A program made the position numbers and the translations under genes. A stretch of 64,000 nucleotides of DNA, taken from the human T2T-CHM13v2.0 reference genome, Homo sapiens. The notes below the pieces were generated by a model, which searched no databases, had not been told where the DNA came from, and saw only the letters and a program-made list of their open reading frames with translations. The stretch lies in NCBI RefSeq assembly GCF_009914755.1, contig NC_060935.1. The stretch is one strand, 5' to 3'. Positions 53,040 to 64,000 of the stretch are shown here, in pieces (position 1 is the stretch's first letter; the number at the start of each line of letters is the position of its first letter).

Positions 53040-55699
53040 AAGACAAGGGGTCTTTCCTAGCCTCACTGCTTCCACTCCCTTCCTCTCCATCCTCCAGCCT
53101 TTTTCCACGCCTTGGCCCCTCCAGTGTCCATCACCTGGATCACCTTGCCTTCTCCCTGTCCACATTCTTAGAAGCTGGATCAGATCAAGTCCTGCCCCGT
53201 CCAGAGAGTCCTCCCTGACTTCCCCAGCCCCCAGAGTCTCTCTTCCCATGCTTTTGTCACGCCTTAACCACGGAATCCCACATTTGGTCCATCATTTGGG
53301 AGCATGTTGGGGCACATTTGACCTATAGCAGACGGGGCTTCCCAGCTTCATCTACCTCAAGCACCTAGAGAGGGTGGGGTCTGGGCCTTGTACCTTAGGT
53401 CAGCGAATTTCAGACCTAGAAAGACTCCCTTCAGGTCAGCTGCTCCAACTCTCTGATTTCACAGATTTGATTGCCTTTCATCCAGGACCTGGGTTTACCC
53501 CCACCACCCCTAGGACCTTCATCCACATCAGTGTTTTCTCAGTGGCAAAGGGGCTTAGCATTGGAGCCACACAGTACCCCTGAGTGCCCACTAAATGCCC
53601 TGACTTTACAACAAGCAGCCATGGAGCTCAGGAGGGCCTGCGTGTGCCCAGAGCCTGGAACCTTTGCACACATCAAGCTTGTTCCACACAACACAGAAAC
53701 TGGGGCTCAGTTCAAGAAGTTTAAAGCTAAGAGGAACCCTGGAGTTCCCCCAAATAATAATAGCTACACCAACATAGTGCTACCTATGTGTCAGGTACCA
53801 TTAATCCTCATGGCAACTCTAGGAGGAAGACACTGCTATTAGCCATGTTTTACAGATGGGAAAAGATACAGCAAAGAGGTAAAGAGGCTTGGCCAAGGTC
53901 ATGCAGCTAATGCATGCTGGAAAGCAGCTTCTGCAAGTACAAGGTAGACCTAGGAGTAGCTGCCAGCCACTGCTCCCCACCCACAAATTTCCTAGAGCCT
54001 GCTCCTCTGTTCCCAGATGTTGCTAAACCCTGCTTGCTCACCTGCCTGTCTCTGGGGATCAGTACCTTGGGCTATGCATGGCACCTGCCATGGAACAATT
54101 GTTCATAAGCACAGCTGTCCACCCCACCAACTACCCAGACAATGAGCCTCGGGAGGGAAAAAGCAGCCATAGCCCAGGATCTGGCACATGGGAAGCAATC
54201 AGTGATTATTTTGTTGAATAAATGAAAGTCCAAGTGACTGAAGGAAGGAATCAATAAAGTGCCCCTTTCTGGGAGGGGAGGCAGCCCATCCACAGCCAGC
54301 CTCTTTGCCCTGGCTGCCCCAGGGACTCCATTTCCACCCCTAATAGGATGGCCAGCTCAGCCTGATCTGCTCCTTGCCCAGGCTCCTCCTTGGGCTTGTC
54401 TCTGCAGTGGGGATTGCAAAGTCATATTGGATTAAGACCTGCTCTGGCTGTCACCCGTGGTGCAAAGCTCGCCTATCAGGCAGCCCAGAAGGGCCACGGT
54501 ATCTAATGGAGATTTGCTAATAAGATCTGAGTTGGTGAGCTTTGGATCCTATTAACACAGGAAAGTGCGGGCCTGTCTGTCTCCTAGAAAATCGCAAGCA
54601 CAGTAGAAAAGTCACTTATGAATATTAATGGGACTGGAAACAATGCCAAGAGAAATTGTTGATGTGATTGGAAAGCTGGGAGGGGGCCGTGGGAGCAGGG
54701 GCAGCCTCTCTTCTCTCCCACCCTTTCCTAGCTCTCTAGAGCTGCCTGGAATGGAGAAGTCTGTGGGGCTGTCACAGCCAGATGGAGAGTGGTCACAGAT
54801 GACCAGAGAAGAGAGCATTGCACCTGACTTCAGGGCCTGGACTCCCCTCCCCACATCCATGCAGGCCAGTCCAGAGTCAGTTTGTGGGAAGCACATGGTG
54901 AGGTATTTGAGAAGGAACATGAGCCCCTCTTCTTTGACTCCTGCCCTTCTTAGGTGAAACAGTCATCTCTCTTGGACTCTGTCCTGAAACCAAGACCTGT
55001 CTAGAGCACCATCCAACATGGAATTCACAGGCAGACCAGTGTGGACAGTGAGCCAGGGGAGAGCTCTCAGCACAGCCCGAAGAATGTCAACATCCAAAGG
55101 ACTCATACTGGACACCCCCAGGTCCCACCAGCAGTTTCAAAGCTGTGCTCTAGGGGACCTAGCCATCAGGAGAGGGGGCTCAGGTGCCCCACTGAAGAGT
55201 GGCAAAGCCAAGGAGATTGAGCACTGGGCTGCAGATTCAAGACTGGAATTCTCCTGATCTCCAGTCCAAGACTGAGAATCCAGAGGTGAATGAGACACAG
55301 TCCCTGCTAGGAACTTACAGTCAGATGGGGAAGGCAGACAGTCACCTGTACTTATCGCAAGCCCCAAGAAAAGGGCCAGCGCTAACTGCACTGTTTTTAT
55401 CCTACTTACCAATGAGATAGAGGAAAAGACCTCAATAGGAATATGGGCAATGGCCATGAGTAGCCAGTCTGCAGGAGAGGAGTGAGCAAGGTGAGAGCCT
55501 CACAGTGCCCAGGCTGCCGCCCTGATCAGTGCCAACTACAGGGCACAGCCTTTCTCCAACATCTGGGCTATGGGAGGTGAGTGACTAGCTTCTCAGAACT
55601 CCAGTTTCCTCGTCTGGAGCATGAGAGTCAAGCTCTTACCTCATGGAGATATTAAATAAGATAACGTACGTGCAGTGTGCAGACCATTCTGGCACAAAG

Positions 55700-56232
55700 G
55701 AGGCACGCGACACACCTCTATTTCCTTCCTTTCTTCTTTTTCCTCTTTGGGATGGAGACTACCCAGAACCCCTCCCCCTGAAGGAGGACCTGTCAGCCAG
55801 GCCCAGCCAATTAGAGTGTGATATCACTGGGCCACAGTGATTGGTTCAGGGATAGGGGTGTGCCCTGACTGAACCAATCAGAGCCAAGAGGGCTCAATTC
55901 CAGGACTTTGGTTGGTGTTTTGGGAAGGGTCTGGCTCCCTCTGAGGTTGCTGAGAAGGGCGGGCATCGCCTGTGCAGCTGGTAGCCATCTTGTCCCCATG
56001 AGGCTGGTGCCATCTGGGACAGAAACACTTATAGAGGAAAGCTGAGCAGGGAAATGAGAAAAAATAGTTTCTGAAGACATTGTTTGAGCCCCTGAATACA
56101 CCTATGCCTGAACCCAGAACTACTCTCTGGGTTTTTTTTTTTTTTTTTTTACAATACAGTAGCCAAAATACTACTTTTTTCTTTAAGTCAGTTGGGTTTC
56201 AGCCCCTTGCAACTGAATGAGTTTTAGCTAAC
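55700..56232 (+). mobile_element. MaLR LTR, MLT1K-like
   Basis: ggccacagtgattggttcaggga...gtagccatcttg...gacattgtttgagcccctg...gttgggtttcagccccttgcaactga. Confidence 0.78.
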
Positions 56233-56650
56233 GAATTTAGCTATCTAAAGTCCTGGGCCTGTGGCCACTGCCCAACTTGAACTAGAAGCTAACAGACATC
56301 CCTTCCCCTCCTTTCTCACTTCTACCACCTGCTCAACTCCAGGATGCAGAGGAGTCAGTTGCCTCCAAAGGATCGGGATTCAAGAAGCCTCACGCTCTAT
56401 TTCCAAGATCCATTCATGGTCCGTCCTCTGGCCTGGGGTCGGCTCCATCTGCTTCTCTGCCTACAGGTGGAATGCAGAGGTGCACCCTCCCACCCCAGGC
56501 TCTGAGGAGGGATGCCCCTACACATCTGTCTGTACATCCCGTTCACACCTCTGATTTCCCAGCCTGAAATAGTATGGAAATGATACAGCTCTCCCCTGAG
56601 AGAGCAAAGATTAGCAGTGTGTCGGGGAGGCTAGAGTCCACGGCTTAGAC

Positions 56651-56850
56651 CAGGGTCTCAAACTGATGGCCCACAGCCAAATCCAACCAGCAATATATTT
56701 AATTTTCCCAGTGTATGTTTAAATTTTTGTTTCACTCAAATGTTTTTAAGTGAGAAATTCTTCTTCCAGCCTGCCAAAGGCCCAGAATTCTGTTTTTTCA
56801 ACACCCCTAATTCTCTGCACATTTATATTGCTTGTCTGACCCCCAAAGGC
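56651..56850 (+). mobile_element. MER102/MER58-like hAT-Charlie fragment
   Basis: cagggtctcaaactgatggcccacagccaaatccaacc after ttaga. Confidence 0.55.
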
Positions 56851-57840
56851 ATATGATTCTGCAACTCCTGGTTGAGACCCTCCAGCTGCCTTTTCTGAAG
56901 GGCCATGCAGAGGGTTTGACTGATGTGGTCAGTAGTTTCTGGTTTACAGGGTTACATGGCAGAAGCTGGGGTAACGGCCAGTAAGAAGCATTAATATAAT
57001 GGGTAGGAGGCATTACTTCTTTTGCCCCTTCCTGTGCTAACTCTCCCCAGATCCAGGCTGCAGGCCCCACAGATCTTCTTCCTGGTACTAGCCTTTGTGT
57101 GAATTCTGGGACTCTGCCCTCCTCAGACTCATCGGCTCTCATATAGGTGCCAGGCCATCCTGCCCTGCCCCAGACCCAGGGAGGTCCACTCCAGGCAGTG
57201 GGGCCCATGCAAGCCTCTCAGCTAGTTTGCATTGTATTTGTGGGATAATTACTAATGGCACCGATCATTTTTATTAGCTGAGCTGTCTGCATTAAAATAA
57301 TAGATTTTTTTTTATTAAGAACATCTGAGGGAGCTGCCATCACAGCAGGAGAAGGATAATTTTCTGTTTATTTTAAGAGCAGATGGTTACTAAAATGTTC
57401 AATGTAAATAAATTGAGGACTGGCCACGGGGTAAACATATAGGAAATTTCCTGGCTTGCTTCAAGCCTCCTGCCCTGTCTTATTCTCCCAGTCCCTCCTT
57501 TGTGGGAGCTGACCAGTGAAGAATTGTCTCCCAAACCACTTGGGAGAATCCAGACCTCAGGTGTGGTGGGCTGGAAGGAGAGTAATGATCTGCTACAGTC
57601 CACCCCAGAACTGGGGGTGCTGCTGAAGATGTTACACAGGCTGGAGCTTAGGAAATCAGGAAGGAGGGCAGAGGCAAAAAATCTATCCTTGCCACAGAGC
57701 AGTGATCCAGATGGGATTAACCTACCTGGGTGCTCTAAACCTCAGCCTTCTATCTGAACAGTGAGGGTCTTGTACCAGCCACAGCTCCTAAAATAGGCTA
57801 AGAGGGAAAGAATAGTTTCATTTAAAAATAAAGTGTTGGC

Positions 57841-58265
<425 letters not shown>

Positions 58266-58423
58266 GATGCTAAGTTTTTCCAAGGGCTTGCTCAGCTCCA
58301 GTGTCTCTGCTCTGTGAACCATTTTCATCTAGAGACGTTTCTTTACTCATTCAGTTATTCCACAAGTCATCACTGGCTGCTGACCATGTCCATGGCATTG
58401 GCCTGTAGACTGCAGATACAGCG

Positions 58424-58909
58424 CTGCATGGAATCCAGGTGCTGCCTCCCACCCACATCCACATCCCCTCGGCCTGCCCTAGAGGTCTTCCGGAGTCATT
58501 TCCACTCACATCTCCCTATTCTTGCATCACTGTGCCTGGATGCATTTTCCAGCTGCAGGAGTAGATTCCCCCCAAGCACGGGCAGGCTAGATATGCCAAG
58601 GAGTTAACATCCCTCCAGCTCTGAGCAACCCTCAACCAACAAAGGATGGGAGGTGTGAATAAACATCCTAGCTTCGAGGGGTGGGGGGGTGCGGGATTCA
58701 GAGGTGTGTCCCACAAATTATCAGAGGTTGCCCAACCATACTGAGTTCCCACTGCCCATAGCAGTATCCCCTAATAAGCACCGCATTGACTGACTTTTTT
58801 CCCTTCCCTGTTGTCTCTTCCCCACTCTCTCACAGTACATTCTGAGGTCATCTCCCAAATACAATATCCCTGTCTCAGTTTCTGTTTTGGGGAAACCCAA
58901 ACCAAGACA
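58424..58909 (+). mobile_element. ERVL LTR, LTR16A/B-like
   Basis: gccaaggagttaacatccc...ccctcaaccaacaaaggatgggag...catctcccaaatac...ttttggggaaacccaaaccaagaca. Confidence 0.8.
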
Positions 58910-59727
58910 GCTTCTGCTCACATGGATCTTACAGTCTGGTGGAAGAGACAGCAAGAAATGGATACTCAAACAAATACATGATTACAAATTGTCATGAGAC
59001 GTATCAAGTGAAAAAATGGTGATATGGCACAATGTGAAGGTAGGTGAGCTAACTCAGGAAGATTCTGCTAATGCTCAGCTTGTTCCAGCCTCAGTAACTC
59101 AGTGTCGTGGAGGTGACTGACACCCAAATTGGAATGCACTGTGAAAGAAGCAATCATAGAACAAAATGGGACATGACAGAGCCGGGGACTGCCCTTCCTG
59201 GACATGAGACAGCCTGCTGCCTGGGACTTTAGCCTGTCACACTGAAGATCTGTTCTACATCCCTCATTCTCACTAACGTGTACGTGACAATATCCTTGTT
59301 TATTAACTTTCTACAAGGATGAGTGGGTTTTCCCAGCATTAGCCCTTGGGAAAGCCTGTATGTTTCTCTCCGATGGGGTCCTTCAAGTGCCTCCCCACCA
59401 AGGTGTTTTTGTGGGTAGTTGTTTAGTCCACAAATGCAGGTGTCCTGTCCTATCCCACTGACTCTGGGAATGGAACATAGTGTTGGAGGGACCTTCCCCT
59501 CTTAGCCTGGGATTTCAGGCCCAAGGTGCTATAGAAAGAGAAATAAATGAGCTCTGCCTGCCCTTGTTCTGAAACATGACAAGCAGCTCCCAGACCAGCC
59601 AAGGAGGAAACCAAGCAAACATTTTTCCCATCGGCAAATTGGGTTTCTCTCTCTCTCTCTTTAAAGAATTGAAAGGGGAAAGGGGCCAAGGGTAGAGCTG
59701 GGGTCTAAATTAAAACATAGGCTTGTA

Positions 59728-60139
<412 letters not shown>

Positions 60140-61121
60140 TTACTTATTAGTGATTTCTATTTTCTAAGTTTTCATTTATTGAGCATGCTTCAATGTGGTT
60201 TTTTAAAAACACAAATGTGCTGTTTTAGACGAACTCCACTGGCCTAGCACAGTAGGTGCTCAATAAATGTGTGTTGATCTTTTTTTTGGAAAATGGGGAC
60301 CATATTTTTCGAAAAATGACCCCAACTCTCAGCTTCTGTGATGACTCATGGGGACAGGTGGGTGGCGTTCCTGAGGTCACCTGTCCCTAGGGCTACCATT
60401 CTTTTCCAGATGCAAAGTCCTTTCTTTAAACCAAACCTTCCTCAGAAGCCCAAAGAAGGGAAGAACACTCTGGATAAAATGTTTGTAGGGGGAGGTAGGG
60501 GCACAGGCCCTGATACACTATTTCATAGGCTTCAATGTAAAAACTATGATTTTACTGTCACCATCTCCACACACATACACATATTTTTCAACAGGAGGCT
60601 CAGAGAGAATCAATGGGCCTAAGGTCACAGTGAGGTGAGTTGGTGGCCAACCCAAAACACAGCCAGAACTTGCCCCCAGATGGCATCTCCTTGGCCTTGA
60701 CTGATCTGTCGTGAAGTAATCTCTGTGGACATGAGGAGGGGCTACACTAATTGTCTGAAGTTCATCAGGGCCCACTCTTAAAGCCGGGGGTCAGTGAGTC
60801 CCCGCAGACCACATAACTGAGAACATCAGGGTACTGTTGGTTATCAAGGAGTAAGAGGCACTAGAGGGAGAGGAAACAAAGCCAGGACCGCAATCCAGGA
60901 AGCCCCTGCTGGCACTGTTGACTAACATCCCTACATCTACGTGGCCTCATCTGTAATATGACATTTTTCTTCTCGGAAACAATCTCTCAAGCCCTCTCAC
61001 ACCCTGGGGTCAGCAGGGGGCAATGGAAAGCCAGAAGATCAGGCTCTGCTATGTGCCCTTGGGCAACTCATTTTCCCTCTCTGGGCCTCCGTTTGCTCCA
61101 TCTATGGGAGTAAGATTAGAT

Positions 61122-61272
61122 CAGGGATGGCAAAGAGGTTTACTCACCTGTCAACTGTGATCAATTGGTAGAGACTGCCTGAAGAGATTGCTGAAAAGGA
61201 TACCAAGGCCACATCTGAGCTCAGTGGGAAGATGACATGATCCATCCATAATGTGGTTTTGCCTTTCCCCCG
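61122..61272 (+). mobile_element. MER103C-like hAT transposon
   Basis: cagggatggcaaagaggttt...gatcaattggtagagactgcctg...aggccacatctgagctcagtgggaa. Confidence 0.75.
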
Positions 61273-62119
61273 ACCACGGAGTCCAATCTGGCAGATGGTT
61301 CTATGCAGGGCTCCTTGTACCACAGGAATTAGCAGCGCTGAGCCTGAGGATTCCTGCAAATGCCCTGGAACTCCAGGACCTCCCAAGGACCCTCCCTCTA
61401 TTCCGCAGGGTTGTCTTCCCACTCTACTCTGCCTGGCTCAGAGCTCAGAGGCCCTCCAGGCAGAGTGTGAGAATAGTGAGCTCTTATATGGAGGGGCCTA
61501 GGACAGCCATCCCTGGACGGTCCCCCAAAGCTGCCGAGCCCCATGGGCTGAGATGCAGAAGACAGTCCGCAAGGGAGAGTGTTGCTCACAGGTTGACCTT
61601 ACTCTGTAGAGTAAGTATGTGTTCCTGAGAAAATTGCACTCAAATTGAATTTTTATAAATGGAATCCTATTTCAGCAATGATTTACAACACAATTGCAGA
61701 GCTACTTTATCTTCATTTTGGAGAAATGTTCTTAACGTTTCAGCTTTAGAACTCCCCTTCCTTTTATAAGCACTAAGAATGTTCCAGTTAGATGGAGCCA
61801 CAGAGACCACCAAGTCCTACCCTTTTCCTTTCCAGGTAAGGAAGTTGAGGTACAAAGAGGTGAGCACTAGCATTTGTCAAGTGTCTGCTAGGCTTTGGGT
61901 ACCATTTTACTCCTTACTATGTATCATGCTGCCTGATTTTCCAACAATTCTACAAGATGGGATTGGTGTCATTCCCACTTTACAGATAAAGTGAGGTTCA
62001 GGCAGATTAAATAGCTGATACGGGGACATCCCCCCAGCTGGTAAGTGGCTGCTTCAGATCCTCCAGGGTCTTCTCATTGCCCATCCATCATGCCTGTGGG
62101 GGGGTCTATGGGACCAGGC

Positions 62120-62565
62120 CCCTACGCACCTATCTGATCTCATCTTCCAGTCACCCCTCACTCACACCCCTCCAACTTTATCAGCCTTCTTTTTAGTCCT
62201 CAACACAGATACCCCAAGGCCTTTGCACTTGCTGTTTCCCCTGCCTGGAATGCTCTTCCCTCTCATTGTCACCTGGCTGGAGTCCTTCATTCAGGTCTCA
62301 CCACTCGGAACTCACAGCTCCACGAGGTCTCACCCTCCCAACTAACCACACACCTTCTATCATGTTACTTTGCTTTATTTTCTTCATGACACTTGTCACT
62401 ATATGAAATTATTTATTTGGTTTGTTTACTTATTAGTTTTCTCCCCCACTAGAATATAAGCTCCATGAAGGCAGGGACCTATCTACTGTTTCCCACTATA
62501 TCTCCAGTCCCTAGAGGATCTGGCATATAGATGCTCAGTAAAGACCTGCACAATAAATGAATGCA
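62120..62565 (+). mobile_element. L2 LINE 3' end
   Basis: ggcctttgcacttgctgtttcccctgcctggaatgctcttcc...ccactagaatataagctccatgaaggcaggg...aataaatgaatg. Confidence 0.9.
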
Positions 62566-63319
62566 GTAGGTAAACTAGGATTGAAACCCAGGTCTGCACA
62601 ACTCTGAAGCCCAGAGAGCTTTTGCCATTGTGCTAGAAATGCCTTTCTTCCCACATCTTTTTAACTGTTGGCAAATAATTTCTCAGTGATGAAGCCTTTT
62701 GACATTGTCTTTAAAATTTGATAGAGTTTTGTTTTTTAAGTATGTCTGGGCTATCACAGAAGAAAAAATCTTATTTAAACCCCAAATACAGGTCCATAAA
62801 TAACCTTTGCTCTTGAAAACTGAGGAGACTCCACATCATCCTTTAAAGGACTTCAGGGGTGCAAATGACTTTTCCCAAAATTCTTCCTGTAATCAAGTAT
62901 TCACAACCCTCGTCCACACTGCAAGCCTGGGCTCCCAATAGCTGTGGAAGAATCTTCTCATAGAGTCAGTAGTAAAGTCAACAGCCCTTTGTGATGGCGC
63001 TCAGAGGGTAATTGCTGGCATGAATAATTGTCAAGCAGCCCCAGGGGGAGCGCCTGATTAAAAAAAAGGGGGGGGTCTGTTCCCTGGGAAAGAGAGTCAC
63101 AGCATCCAGGGGTCACTGATAAAAATGAGAACCATGACAACCGCCCAAAGCCAGGCACTGTACTAGGTCCTTTACACCTGATAATGTGCAAGGTTGACTC
63201 TGCAAGGTAGAAGTGTTTAGGCTTATTTTATAGAAGAGAAAAATTGAAGCTCAGAGAGGGTAATTAATTGTCTCCACCTCATCTATCTGGAAAGTAGCAG
63301 AGTTGAACATCAAATCTTT

Positions 63320-63780
63320 ATCGTTATAAAATGGCCCATTTTTGTCCCTGATGATATTCTTTGTTCTGACATCTACTTTGTCTGATATTAATGTAGCCAT
63401 TCCAGCATACTTACAATTAGTATTTTCATGATATGAGTTTTCCCATTATTTTATTTTTAACCATATTTAAAATGGAATTTTTATAGACAGCATATAATTT
63501 GGTCTTGCTTTTTTATTCAGTCTTGCAATCTCTGCCTTTTAACTGAAATGTTTAGGCCATTTATATGTCATTGTAATCATTGGTACATTTTGTTTAAATT
63601 TGCCATCTTGATATTTGTTTTCTAGTTGTATCATTTATTCTTTGTTCCTTTTTCCCCTTTTCCTGTCTTTTTTAGGGTTAATTGAATATTTTTGGTAGTC
63701 AATTTTATCTCCTCTGGCTTATTAGCTATATATCTTTGTTTTATTTTAGTGGTTGTTATAAGGTTTAAAATATGAATCTT
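63320..63780 (-). mobile_element. Old L1 (L1M) fragment
   Basis: T-rich tctactttgtctgatattaatgtagccattccagc...tagacagcatata...gtttaggccattta, antisense L1. Confidence 0.85.
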
Positions 63781-64000
63781 GGCTGGGCACTGTGGCTCAT
63801 GCCTGTAATCCCAGCACTTTGGGAGGCTGAGGCGGGTGGATCATGACGCCAGGAGTTCAAGACCAACCTGACCAAGATAGTGAAACCCTGTCTCTACTAA
63901 AAATACAAAAATTAGACAGGCATGGTGGTGGGCACCTGTAATCCCAGCTACTTGGGAGGCTGAGGCAGAGAATTGCTTGAACCCGGGAGGTGGAGGTTGC
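63781..64000 (+). mobile_element. AluS, cut by the window edge
   Basis: ggctgggcactgtggctcatgcctgtaatcccagcactttgggagg... Confidence 0.97.

Overview
Primate (human-like) non-coding genomic DNA; I could not identify the locus. I can support no protein-coding gene, tRNA, rRNA, CRISPR array or CpG island: the ORF track is all short chance ORFs, many derived from Alu or low-complexity sequence. The window is a mosaic of transposon fossils: 15 Alus (several with visible target-site duplications, TSDs), about 15 MaLR/ERVL LTR remnants (MLT1, THE1, LTR16, LTR33), hAT-type DNA transposons (MER33, MER53, MER91A, MER103C, MER113, MER117), many MIR and L2 pieces, L3/CR1 and old L1 fragments, plus simple repeats. 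Repeat names come from my recall of consensus sequences, so subfamily labels and many boundaries are approximate. Between the repeats are short repeat-free islands rich in homeodomain/POU/SOX/FOX motifs that resemble enhancers of a developmental or neural regulatory landscape (inference). Most notable: (1) two near-canonical REST/NRSF RE1 silencer motifs (5757-5777 +, 42327-42347 -); (2) a block-wise flip in Alu/LTR orientation (plus / minus / plus) across the window; (3) several nested transposon insertions; (4) a 68-70 bp minisatellite with ten TGCATG motifs. I found no convincing evidence of a novel biological system.
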